Below are positions 36,042 to 64,000 of a stretch of 64,000 nucleotides of DNA, in pieces. A program made the position numbers and the translations under genes. Position 1 is the first letter of the stretch; each line of letters opens with the position of its first letter. The notes under the pieces were generated by a model that did no database searches, had not been told where the DNA came from, and saw only the letters and a list, made by a program, of their open reading frames with translations. Source of the DNA: an uncultured Myxococcales bacterium (GTDB lineage: Bacteria > Myxococcota_A > UBA9042 > CAZBRS01); NCBI GenBank assembly GCA_964494475.1, contig CAZBRS010000013.1, forward strand, positions 11,057 to 75,056. Direction: 5' to 3'.

Positions 36042-36878
36042 CTACGTATAGCCCCTCCGCTCCAGCACCGCCCGCGCGAGCTGCTGCACCTCGAGCTTGA
36101 CGTCCCCCGTCTTCGTGAGCAGGAACAGATCGGCGATCGAGAGCGTCTCGAGCAGGCGCTTGGCCACGTGACGCGGCGTGGAGGGGTGCTTCAGGAGTGC
36201 CAGGCGCACCCGCGACGAGTGCACCCAGCGCGGGTTGGCCGCGATCAAGGAGATGGCCTCGCCCGTCAACGTCGACATGCGCACGAACTCGTTGACCTCC
36301 TGCTCGTCGAGCCGCGGGTTCTTCAACACGAACAGTTGGATGAGCTTGACGCCGTCGCGCATGAGCAACGAGCGCTCGAGGCGGTCGGCGGTGAGGGCGT
36401 AGCGGCGACGCTCGGTGGGCGACATCGCCTGCAGGCGCGCCGCGGCCGTGTCCAGTTCGCCGGGCATGGCGTGGGGAACGGCGGCTTCGTCGCCCTCGCG
36501 CAGGAAGTGCACGTCGAGGTCGTCTACGACGGTGTCAGCCGTCGTGGCGTCGAAGGAGTCGGCGCCGGGCTCCGCCCCGGGGGGCCCCACGGCGCCGGGG
36601 TCCGAGGACTCGGGCGGGGCGGCGGGCGCCTCCGGCTCGATGACCGTGCCCTCCGGATCGGCGATGTCGAGGCTGGCGCCCCGCGCCGGGTTGACGTGGA
36701 GGACGCGCGCCGAGAAGCTGAGCTGGCTGCCGTCCGGGTTGCAGAGCACCAGGCGAACCTCGTCGCCCACGGCCAGGTCGTCGCGCGGCTCGAGCAGGTA
36801 CACGCGGTGGGCGCGGATCGTGCGCAGCGAGCGCTTCCACTCCGCCTCGTCACGCACGGCCACGACGACGCGCACCAT
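36042..36878 (-). CDS. PilZ-like beta-barrel N-terminal domain protein with helical C-terminal domain
   Basis: The internal ATG (MVRVVVAVRDEAEWKRSLRTIRAHRVYLLEP...VRLVLCNPDG...) has a PilZ-like topology but lacks the canonical RxxxR. The upstream 200 aa of the ORF-track entry is Arg/Pro junk antisense to other genes. Confidence 0.45.
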   Translation of the reverse strand: MVRVVVAVRDEAEWKRSLRTIRAHRVYLLEPRDDLAVGDEVRLVLCNPDGSQLSFSARVLHVNPARGASLDIADPEGTVIEPEAPAAPPESSDPGAVGPPGAEPGADSFDATTADTVVDDLDVHFLREGDEAAVPHAMPGELDTAAARLQAMSPTERRRYALTADRLERSLLMRDGVKLIQLFVLKNPRLDEQEVNEFVRMSTLTGEAISLIAANPRWVHSSRVRLALLKHPSTPRHVAKRLLETLSIADLFLLTKTGDVKLEVQQLARAVLERRGYT

Positions 36879-36889
36879 CAGGGATTCCT

Positions 36890-37432
36890 TTACTTTGCTT
36901 CGACGTCCGGCAGCTTGCGCGCGATCGCCACGACGTTGCCGTCGGGGTCGGCGAAGTAGGCCGCCTCGTCGCCCCAGGGCCGGGGCGCCCACGCCGACAG
37001 CACGCGCGCGCCTCGCCTGGACAGGCGCTCGAGGTAGGGGGCGGGGTCGTCGAAGACGAGGTAGAGCTCGGTGCCCGAGACGGCGCCGTAGGCCAGGGGC
37101 TCGGGGGTCTTCCCGGCGCTGAGGGCGAAGCCCTCGCGCGCGTAGAGGCCGAGGCTGCACCCTTCGCCGAGGGTAAAGGCCACGAACGTGTCGGTGTGGG
37201 TCTGGAGCGCCCAGTCGAACACCTCGCGGTAGAACGCCACGGAGTGCGCCAGGTCGGCCACGGCCAGGATGGTCACGCGCTGCAGCAGCTTGGGCTCGCG
37301 ACCTTCGTCCGTGGCCGGCGCCGAGGTGGACCTCGGGGCGGCGCTCACCTCGGCCGCCGTGGGCGGGCGCAGTTGCTGAGGGGCGCCGCAGGCGACGACG
37401 AACCATCCCAGGGTCAGCAGGGCACGACGCAT
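36890..37432 (-). CDS. VOC-family (glyoxalase/bleomycin-resistance fold) lipoprotein
   Basis: The internal ATG (MRRALLTLGWFVVACG...) has a lipobox. The VOC-like segments are VTILAVADLAHSVAFYREVFDW and GTELYLVFDDP. Confidence 0.65.
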   Translation of the reverse strand: MRRALLTLGWFVVACGAPQQLRPPTAAEVSAAPRSTSAPATDEGREPKLLQRVTILAVADLAHSVAFYREVFDWALQTHTDTFVAFTLGEGCSLGLYAREGFALSAGKTPEPLAYGAVSGTELYLVFDDPAPYLERLSRRGARVLSAWAPRPWGDEAAYFADPDGNVVAIARKLPDVEAK

Positions 37433-38970
37433 CAGAAGATCCAATAGGCCCGCAGCTGGAACGTGAACGCCCCGCTGGCGTCGAGCGGGCGGTACGGGTT
37501 GTCGAGCGCCGCGAGGGGCGCCAGGTAGCCCCCATCGAGTCGGAAGCGGAACTCGGGCTGGGGTTCGTACTCGAGCCAGGCGTCGGCTTCGACGCCGAGG
37601 GGCTGCCACGTGTCGAAGGCCCAGGACATGATGGGGCGAACTCCGGCGCGCAGGCGGTGCGTGTCGATCGAGAGCAGGTCGTACGAGAAGGGCAGGGCCA
37701 CCAGGAAGGCGTTCGTGAACGTGCCGATGATCTCGCGGAACAGGAGCAGGTCGACGTGGTGGTCGCGGGCGAAGAAGAAGTGGTGCTGGTTGGGGACGCC
37801 GTTCCAGGAGGTGGCGTTCACGCTGCCGTCGCCCGCGGGGTCGTAGCCAGGTCCGAACGCGCGCGGGAAGCCGTCGCCCCCCGTGGCCAGGGCGACGTCG
37901 AGCGCGCCGTGGAGCTCGTTCCAGTCGAGCGACGCGCGGAGGAAGCCCCCGGCGGCCAGGATGTCGTCGGACACGTCGTTGATGGCGCTGTTTCGAGCGT
38001 GGTCGATGGAACCGTAGGCCAGCGCCATCTCGGCCGACAGCGAGAACTCGGGGACGGGCCGCCAGATCACGTAGACATCGGGCGACCACAGGAAGTAGCC
38101 GCGTGGGGTGAGCGCGTAGCAGTCCCAATCGAGCCCGAGGGTGTCGCTGCCCGAGACCTTGCAGTAGGCCGAGCCGAAGGCCTCCCAGCGGGCCTGCTCG
38201 GACGAGTACTTCTGCTCGCGGAAGACGTTGAGCAGCCCCCACTCGACGGTAGGCAGCACGCTGCGAACCCACAACCGCCACTGGCCCACGTCGTCGAGGT
38301 TGCCGATCGAGTGTGGCTGTCCCTCGCGATCGTAGCGGGTGCCGCTGATGGCGCCCTCCCAGGCGAAGTCCCACGAGAAGCCGCCCTCGTAATCGAACAG
38401 CCGCACCAACCCGCCGACGCCGTCGACGTACGAGCCGTAGTCGGCGTCGAGCCCGCTGCCGTCGTTGTGGGCCATGCCCGTGCCCCAATGCCACGCCTCG
38501 CGGCCGGCGTGGATCTCGACGTTCTTGAACGGCGTGAACACGCCGTAGACTTCCTTCACCCGGAAGAATCGACGGTCGGGGCGGGTGTCGCCCTCGCTGA
38601 GGAAAGAGAGCCCGGTGTCGCCGGCCGGGTAGGCGCCGAGCCCACCGAACAGCAGGTCGTCGACGACGTCGACGGTGGCGCCGATTCGGAAGCCGTCGGC
38701 GGCATCGGCCAGCAGTCGCACGCGCAGGCGCGTCGAGAACGAACTGCCGAAGTCGGTCGACGAGCCCAGGCCGCGGTTCGCGTATTGCGTGAGCAGGGGC
38801 GAGAACACGCCCGAGTAGCCGCCGTTGTCGAGATCGAGGTTGTGGAAGCCGAGGAAGCGCGTGCGGAGGTACCCGTCGAGGTGGACGCCACCGAGCGTGC
38901 GTACCTCGGCAGAACCCCTAGAGGGCGCCGCGAACAGCAGGGCCAGGAGGAGAAAGAGGGCGCGGTGCAT
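37432..38970 (-). CDS. Outer-membrane beta-barrel protein
   Basis: The internal ATG (MHRALFLLLALLFAAPSRGSAEV) has a signal peptide. Amphipathic beta-strand patterns alternate throughout. It has an aromatic C-terminal residue (...LRAYWIF), as beta-barrel OMPs do. Confidence 0.6.
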   Translation of the reverse strand: MHRALFLLLALLFAAPSRGSAEVRTLGGVHLDGYLRTRFLGFHNLDLDNGGYSGVFSPLLTQYANRGLGSSTDFGSSFSTRLRVRLLADAADGFRIGATVDVVDDLLFGGLGAYPAGDTGLSFLSEGDTRPDRRFFRVKEVYGVFTPFKNVEIHAGREAWHWGTGMAHNDGSGLDADYGSYVDGVGGLVRLFDYEGGFSWDFAWEGAISGTRYDREGQPHSIGNLDDVGQWRLWVRSVLPTVEWGLLNVFREQKYSSEQARWEAFGSAYCKVSGSDTLGLDWDCYALTPRGYFLWSPDVYVIWRPVPEFSLSAEMALAYGSIDHARNSAINDVSDDILAAGGFLRASLDWNELHGALDVALATGGDGFPRAFGPGYDPAGDGSVNATSWNGVPNQHHFFFARDHHVDLLLFREIIGTFTNAFLVALPFSYDLLSIDTHRLRAGVRPIMSWAFDTWQPLGVEADAWLEYEPQPEFRFRLDGGYLAPLAALDNPYRPLDASGAFTFQLRAYWIF

Positions 38971-39003
38971 GGGCCTCAACGAAAATCGGCGTGATGATAG
39001 GGG

Positions 39004-39032
39004 ACGGTCCGCGGCCTTGTCAATTGACATCG
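39004..39032 (+). promoter_or_regulatory. Putative sigma70-type promoter (TTGACA-N17-TAGCTT) upstream of Zn-ribbon gene
   Basis: TTGACA sits at 39004-39009 and TAGCTT at 39027-39032, ~50 nt upstream of the ATG at 39084. The -35 is a consensus match. Confidence 0.4.
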
Positions 39033-39083
39033 CGCGGGCCAACCTGCTAGCTTCCACACGCCGAAACGACGCGCGGGGCCGCG

Positions 39084-39467
39084 ATGTTCGAGAAGGGTGT
39101 CGTCTACCGCTGCTACAAGTGCGGCGAAGAGCTCGAGTTCGACGTGAAGATCGGGCGGCGTGACGTGTGTCCGAACTGCCACGCCTACCTGCACTGCTGC
39201 TTCAACTGCCAGTTCTGGGACCAGAACGTCCACAACCAGTGCACCGAGAACCGGGCCGAGTTCATCCGCGACCGGGCCGAGGGAAACTTCTGCCTGTATT
39301 TCACCTTCAAGAAGCCCGAAGAAGACGTGGCGGCCGAACAGAACGAGGCGAAGGCCAAGCTCGACGCCATGTTCGGGAGCGGTCGGAAGGGCGGCCCGGC
39401 TCCGAAGTTCTCGCCCAAGACGTCCGACGACGCGAAGTCCCGCCTCGAGGCCCTTTTCAAGAAATGA
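39084..39467 (+). CDS. Small cysteine-rich zinc-ribbon protein
   Basis: The N-terminus is MFEKGVVYRCYKCGEELEFDVKIGRRDVCPNCHAYLHCCFNCQFWDQNVHNQC. It has multiple CxxC pairs and a Lys-rich C-terminal tail. Confidence 0.6.
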   Translation: MFEKGVVYRCYKCGEELEFDVKIGRRDVCPNCHAYLHCCFNCQFWDQNVHNQCTENRAEFIRDRAEGNFCLYFTFKKPEEDVAAEQNEAKAKLDAMFGSGRKGGPAPKFSPKTSDDAKSRLEALFKK

Positions 39468-39787
39468 CGCCGCGCGAGCCCGTCGTCCTGTTCGTCACCG
39501 TTCCGAGCGCCGAAGTGGCCACGACCATCGCCCACGCGGTCGTCGGCGAGCACCTGGCGGCCTGTGTCAACATCGTCCCGGGCGTGCGCTCCCTATACTG
39601 GTGGCAGGGCGCCGTCCACGACGACGCCGAACTGTTGCTCGTCCTGAAGAGCTGCCGCGACCGGGTGCCCGCGCTCCGCGAGCGCATCCTCGGCCTTCAC
39701 CCCTACGAGGTGCCCGAGCTCGTCGTGCTGCCCATCGTCGACGGCTCCGAGCCCTACCTGGAATGGATTCGCGACTCGACGCGTTGA
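39464..39787 (+). CDS. cutA: Divalent-cation tolerance protein CutA
   Basis: The ATG overlaps the upstream stop (ATGA). The CutA1 signature is HLAACVNIVPGVRSLYWWQGAVHDDAELLLVLK...LHPYEVPELVVLPI..GSEPYLEWIRDST. Confidence 0.8.
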   Translation: MTPREPVVLFVTVPSAEVATTIAHAVVGEHLAACVNIVPGVRSLYWWQGAVHDDAELLLVLKSCRDRVPALRERILGLHPYEVPELVVLPIVDGSEPYLEWIRDSTR

Positions 39788-39830
39788 ACCGGAACGGGCT
39801 GGAGTCCCCGGCCCCCTGAGGAGGTCGCTC

Positions 39831-41141
39831 ATGGTACGATCCAACTGGCTCGGTATGCTCTCGGCGCTCTTCGTGGGCGTGGGGCTCGGCGTTCTGGCAG
39901 GGCGCTCCCTGGGCTCCGGGGCCTCCGGCTCCACGAGCGTCGCCAATCCGGTCGCCGCGCCCGACGACACCCCCGACGTCCGTCTGCTGCCCGACGAGGA
40001 TCCGAAGCTCGCCGAGAAGATCGAAGCGAGCTTGAAGGCCGAGGCCGCCGACGCGTACGCGGCCTGGCACGCCTGCACGCGAGCGCGCCTCGCGACCTGC
40101 GCCACGGAGGCGGCGATCCTGCTCTCGGAGAATCCCGAGTCGAAGCTCGGCTGCGACGACCTCCTTCCGCCTGCGCTCGCGCTCAACTGCACCGAGAAGG
40201 TCGTCCTGCAACGCGCCCGCGGACACGCCGACCTGACCGTCTGCGAAAAGCTCAGGGGCTCCCCCGCCTATCAGGCGTGTCGCTCCTCGGCGCTCGAGGC
40301 TCATCCGGTCGATGCCGATTTCGGGGTCGCGTGCGACACGCTCACCAGCCCCGACGACCGCAGGTCGTGCCGACTGCGCGTCTTCACGGCGCGCGCGGAG
40401 CGCACGGGCAGCATCGGCGCCTGCACAGGGGCCACGGACCGGGGCGTGCGCATGGAGTGTGTCGAGAGCCTGCGCGGCTGGATCACGGGGCAGGGCGACA
40501 AGGGCGCCGCGTTCTGCGCCGTTCTCGGCGACGAAGACCACCTGCGCGATCGTTGCCTGCGCTACGTGCTCCACGACAGCGCGCTCCGCTCGGGTGATCC
40601 GGCCGTGTGCGACGCCGTCCGCGAGCCCGACCTCCGCCGCGATTGCCTCGACGTCGCCACCGAGGGCAGGGCCCGCCAGCAGGCGAACGCCGCCGTCTGC
40701 AACGAGATCGCCGCGACGGCACGGCGCGAGGCGTGTCGGGCCGCGGTGGCCGCTCAGATGATCGAGACGGGATCTTCGCCTTCGGCCTGCCTGTCGCTGG
40801 CCGAGGGTCCGATCCGGACTCGCTGCATCGACGAGGCCGCGCATCGCCTGGCCGTGGCCAATCGAGATCCCGCCGGATGCCTCGGGATCGCCGAGCCGCG
40901 CTTTCGCGACTACTGCACCGAGGAGGTGCGGACGATCCTCGCGAACGCTCCCAAGTCGCCCGCCCCCGTACCCGCGCTCGCCCCCGATGCTCCCGCGCCT
41001 GCGGTCGTCCATCCGCCCCAACGGAACGAGCCGTCGCGCCCCATCGAGGCTGCCCCCCTGCCGTCGCCTGCGAGCGTGTCCCCGGCCACCCTGCCGGAAG
41101 GGCCGGCGCCGACCGTGGACCCCGCTCTCGTTCCGAAGTAG
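39831..41141 (+). CDS. Membrane-anchored cysteine-rich repeat protein with Pro/Ala-rich C-terminus
   Basis: It has an N-terminal TM helix (WLGMLSALFVGVGLGVLAG), ~10 repeats of a C-x(6-10)-R-x-x-C pattern (e.g. RDRCLRYV, RRDCLDVA, RREACRAA, RTRCIDEA, FRDYCTEE), and a PAPVPALAPDAPAPA tail. Confidence 0.55.
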   Translation: MVRSNWLGMLSALFVGVGLGVLAGRSLGSGASGSTSVANPVAAPDDTPDVRLLPDEDPKLAEKIEASLKAEAADAYAAWHACTRARLATCATEAAILLSENPESKLGCDDLLPPALALNCTEKVVLQRARGHADLTVCEKLRGSPAYQACRSSALEAHPVDADFGVACDTLTSPDDRRSCRLRVFTARAERTGSIGACTGATDRGVRMECVESLRGWITGQGDKGAAFCAVLGDEDHLRDRCLRYVLHDSALRSGDPAVCDAVREPDLRRDCLDVATEGRARQQANAAVCNEIAATARREACRAAVAAQMIETGSSPSACLSLAEGPIRTRCIDEAAHRLAVANRDPAGCLGIAEPRFRDYCTEEVRTILANAPKSPAPVPALAPDAPAPAVVHPPQRNEPSRPIEAAPLPSPASVSPATLPEGPAPTVDPALVPK

Positions 41142-41154
41142 CTACTAAAAGTAA

Positions 41155-56976
<15,822 letters not shown>

Positions 56977-57191
56977 TCTAGCCCCCGAACGGCCGTTTCG
57001 CGTGGCTGTGCCCGTGCCCGGGTACACCACTGGGCGAGTGTAGCCAAACCGCGGGGTCGAAGGAAGGCAATTTGACAGGACGACGGATCCGTGCATTTCG
57101 AGATGACAGGCCATCGGGGCTGGTGTACCTGTCTCCTGGACGAGGATCCCGAGGTTCGTCGGGACGACCTGCATCGTTCGAGGAGATCAGG

Positions 57192-58253
57192 ATGGCCAAG
57201 GCGATGGTGTTCATCGACGGGACGTGGCTCTATTCCAACGTGCCGAAGCTCTGCGAGAGCCTGGGACAGCCCGCATTCCGTATCGACTTCGGGAGATTGC
57301 CCACGGTCCTTTGCGACCAACTCTACGAGTTGATGGACGACGAGGGCGTCGACCTCGTTCGCACGCATCTCTTCGGCAGCTACGCCGCCGGCTTCGATCC
57401 GCGCGACGCCGAGGCCGTGCAGCGCCGGCGCGACTTCTTCGAGATGCTGCGCTTCGAGTACCGCTACGACGTCGAGTTGTACCCCATCGAGTTCCGGGGC
57501 CGGCGCCTGCGAAGGGCCGACCGCGATCCGAACGATCCCTTCCGTCCGGAAGAGAAGAGCGTGGCGGTCGCCCTGGCGTCGTCCGTCCTCTACCACGCCG
57601 CGCTGCCCGGGGCCTTCGACATCGCGCTCGTCGTCGCCGGGGACCACGATCTGCGCCCGGCGTTACGGGCCGCCAGACGGCTGGGGAAGCGCCTGGCCCT
57701 GGTCAGCGTCCGAGGGGGCTGCTCGTCGGCGCTGGCCGACGATCGCGAGGCGGAGCACGTCCTCGACTTCGACGTCATCTGGCTCGACGATCATCTGTCC
57801 GACATCGAGCTCAAGTACGAGCGCGTCCAGCTCGACTGCGAGTCTCCGCTGCACGAAGGGGAGCGGCAGGTGTGGACCACGTTCCACCCGCGGAGGGGCC
57901 AGCGCTTCTTCTGCCCCGACTGCCAGGAGCGCTACGCCCGGCAACGCCAGTGCGACGACGACGCGGCCCCTCCTCGCGCCGAGGGCGGCGAGGAGCGTGG
58001 CGCCGTGCCCGCCACCGACGTGCTCCGGGGCGTCGTCAAGCGCAAGGTCGCCGAACGCGGCTTCGGTTTCATCCAGGCCGCCGACGGTGAGGATTACTTC
58101 TTCCACTTCACGGACGTGGTCGGCGACGCCGCGTTCGACGCGATCGTCGAGGGCTCGACCGTGGGCTTCCAGATCAAGCGCGCGCCGGGCGCCGACAACG
58201 CCGGCGCGGCGCAGAAGGTTCACGTGCTCGCGCCCGAGGTGACTGCCGAGTAG
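57192..58253 (+). CDS. NYN-domain (LabA-like) nuclease fold fused to C-terminal cold-shock domain
   Basis: GAGGAG lies 7 nt upstream of the in-frame ATG. The NYN/LabA-like N-terminus is MVFIDGTWLY...ALVVAGDHDLRPALRAARRLGKRLALVSV. A CxxC...CPDC zinc-ribbon-like pair sits in the middle. The C-terminal CSD carries RNP-like motifs GVVKRKVAERGFGFI and FFHFTDV. Confidence 0.7.
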   Translation: MAKAMVFIDGTWLYSNVPKLCESLGQPAFRIDFGRLPTVLCDQLYELMDDEGVDLVRTHLFGSYAAGFDPRDAEAVQRRRDFFEMLRFEYRYDVELYPIEFRGRRLRRADRDPNDPFRPEEKSVAVALASSVLYHAALPGAFDIALVVAGDHDLRPALRAARRLGKRLALVSVRGGCSSALADDREAEHVLDFDVIWLDDHLSDIELKYERVQLDCESPLHEGERQVWTTFHPRRGQRFFCPDCQERYARQRQCDDDAAPPRAEGGEERGAVPATDVLRGVVKRKVAERGFGFIQAADGEDYFFHFTDVVGDAAFDAIVEGSTVGFQIKRAPGADNAGAAQKVHVLAPEVTAE

Positions 58254-58283
58254 GGGCGACCGGCGCGTCCGCCCTGGTCCGGA

Positions 58284-59768
58284 TCACGCCAGCAGGTCCG
58301 GCAGGTCTCTCACGGGTCCGGCCGCCAGATCGCTGCGGCCCGTGAGGTGCCGATGGATGGCCGCCGCGGCTCGCCGACCGTCGGAGATGGCCCACACCAC
58401 GAGCGAAGGTCCGCGGGCCGCGTCGCCCGCGGCGAACACGCCGGGCACTGCCGTTCGCCAGTCGCGATCCGTGGCCACCACGCCCCGGGCGTCGAGCCGC
58501 AGCTCGGGCTGCAGTTGCTCGAGCAGGCCGGCGCGCACGGGCGCGGTGAAACCGAGCGCCAGGAGCACGAGATCGCAGGGGATCTCGTGCTCGCTGCCGG
58601 GCTCCTCCACGAAACGCCGCGCCCCGCTCACGACCTCGGGGCGAACGGCCACCACGCCTACGGAGCTCACGCGTCCGTTCGCGTCGCCCGAGAAGCGGCG
58701 CGTCGAGAGCGACCAGCGGCGCTCGCCGCCCTCTTCGTGGGCGTGGCTCGTGCGCAGGCGGTCGGGCCACCAGGGCCAAGGCGTGGCGGGCGAGCGTGAC
58801 TCCGGGGGCCGGGGGAGCAGCTCGAGGTTCACCACCGACGCCGCCCCCTGGCGCAGCGCCGTGGCCACGCAGTCGGAGCCCGTGTCGCCGCCGCCGAGGA
58901 CCACGACGCGCCGACCGCGGGCATCGATGGACGCGCGGGGGTCGATGGGATCACCCGCGCCGCGGCGGTTCTGCTCGGAGAGGAAGTCCATGGCGCGGTG
59001 GATGCCGAGGAGGTCCCGGCCTTCGACGGGCAGTTCGCGCGGCGTTTCGGCGCCCGTGGCCAGCAGGACGGCATCGAAGCCCGCGACGAGCGCCGCGGCG
59101 GTCAGGTCGACGCCCACGTGCACGCCGACCCGGAATTCGACGCCCTCAGCGACCAGTTGCGCCACGCGCGCGTCGACCAGGCGCTTCGGCAGCTTGAAGT
59201 CGGGGATGCCGTAGCGCATCAGCCCCCCCGCGCGGTCGGCTTTCTCGAACACCACCACGCAATGGCCGGCGCGTGTCAGTTGCTGGGCCGCCGCCAGCCC
59301 GGCGGGGCCGCTGCCGACGACCGCCACGCGCTTGCCGGTCGGAGGGGCGGATACGGCCGCCACCAGAGGACCTGCGTCGAAGAGGGAGTCGGCCAGCGAG
59401 CGCTCGATCTGCTTGATCGTGACGGGCTCGGCGTTGATGCCGAGCGTGCAGGCGGTCTCGCAGGGCGCCGGGCACACGCGGCCGGTGACTTCGGGGAAGT
59501 TGTTGGTGGCCAGCAACCGGCGCACCGCGACGGTACGTTCGCCGCGAACCAGCAGGTCGTTCCACTCCGGAACGAGGTTCCCGAGCGGACACCCGGTCGG
59601 GCCCTGACAGAACGGGATGCCGCAGTCCATGCAGCGCGCGGCCTGGGTACGCAGTTCTTCGGCCGGCAGCTCGCCCTCGAAGGGCTCGAAGTCCGTCGAG
59701 CGCTCCGCGGCGGGGCGCTCCTCGGGCTCCTGTCGCTCGTACTCGAGGAAGCCGGTGGGCTTGCCCAT
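58284..59768 (-). CDS. gltD: Glutamate synthase (NADPH) small subunit
   Basis: The N-terminal Fe-S motif is CMDCGIPFC...C. The dinucleotide-binding motifs are VAVVGSGPAGLAAA and VVVLGGGDTGSD. The gene lies 3 nt downstream of gltB. Confidence 0.85.
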   Translation of the reverse strand: MGKPTGFLEYERQEPEERPAAERSTDFEPFEGELPAEELRTQAARCMDCGIPFCQGPTGCPLGNLVPEWNDLLVRGERTVAVRRLLATNNFPEVTGRVCPAPCETACTLGINAEPVTIKQIERSLADSLFDAGPLVAAVSAPPTGKRVAVVGSGPAGLAAAQQLTRAGHCVVVFEKADRAGGLMRYGIPDFKLPKRLVDARVAQLVAEGVEFRVGVHVGVDLTAAALVAGFDAVLLATGAETPRELPVEGRDLLGIHRAMDFLSEQNRRGAGDPIDPRASIDARGRRVVVLGGGDTGSDCVATALRQGAASVVNLELLPRPPESRSPATPWPWWPDRLRTSHAHEEGGERRWSLSTRRFSGDANGRVSSVGVVAVRPEVVSGARRFVEEPGSEHEIPCDLVLLALGFTAPVRAGLLEQLQPELRLDARGVVATDRDWRTAVPGVFAAGDAARGPSLVVWAISDGRRAAAAIHRHLTGRSDLAAGPVRDLPDLLA

Positions 59769-59771
59769 CGT

Positions 59772-64000
<4,229 letters not shown>

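Overview
This is a high-GC (~70%) chromosomal window. Nearly every long ORF on both strands is open, so most entries in the six-frame track are antisense or off-frame artefacts. I recognised about 35 genes by motif. The gene content suggests a myxobacterial-type deltaproteobacterium, but that is an inference from content only. Supporting features are many lipoproteins with L-x-G/A-C lipoboxes, Cys-rich repeat modules, a giant TSP3/MopE-repeat surface protein, and PilZ and FHA-GAF proteins.

Layout, in window order:
1. 18-7592 (+): a run of four envelope genes: a lipoprotein with four internal repeats, a probable outer-membrane protein with a Pro-rich linker, a second lipoprotein, and a secreted alpha/beta-hydrolase carrying a Cys-rich N-terminal module.
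2. 7600-12778 (+): three tightly coupled genes. They encode a polytopic transporter-like membrane domain fused to HEAT repeats and a cNMP-binding domain, a membrane-anchored STAND/NACHT-like P-loop NTPase, and a stand-alone cNMP-binding protein.
3. 12784-17138 (-): rodA, mrdA (PBP2, with an unusual double zinc-ribbon insertion) and a PilZ c-di-GMP receptor gene directly upstream.
4. 17179-29981: the most unusual region. It looks like an orphan biosynthetic cluster. It holds four paralogous cobalamin-binding (class B) radical SAM enzymes, a GH3-family adenylating amido-synthetase, two GNAT-like acyltransferase-fold proteins, an FNR-type reductase with a fused plant-type 2Fe-2S ferredoxin, and a CrtI-family FAD-dependent desaturase/oxidase.
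5. 30013-41141: housekeeping and envelope genes. These are NUDIX, a lipoprotein, FHA-GAF, pyrG, an acidic protein, a PilZ-like protein, a VOC lipoprotein, a beta-barrel OMP, a small Zn-ribbon protein, cutA and a Cys-rich membrane protein.
6. 41155-56976 (-): a single 15.8-kb gene. It encodes a ~5,273-aa secreted/lipoprotein built from thrombospondin type-3 Ca-binding repeats plus ~25 tandem ~135-aa Cys-rich MopE-like (CDGxDNDCDG) modules.
7. 57192-64000: an NYN-nuclease/cold-shock-domain fusion, gltD, and a 5'-truncated gltB.

No rRNA, tRNA, CRISPR array, transposase or integrase was recognised. Coordinates of refined starts may be off by +/-1-3 nt because they were read by eye against the ORF track.
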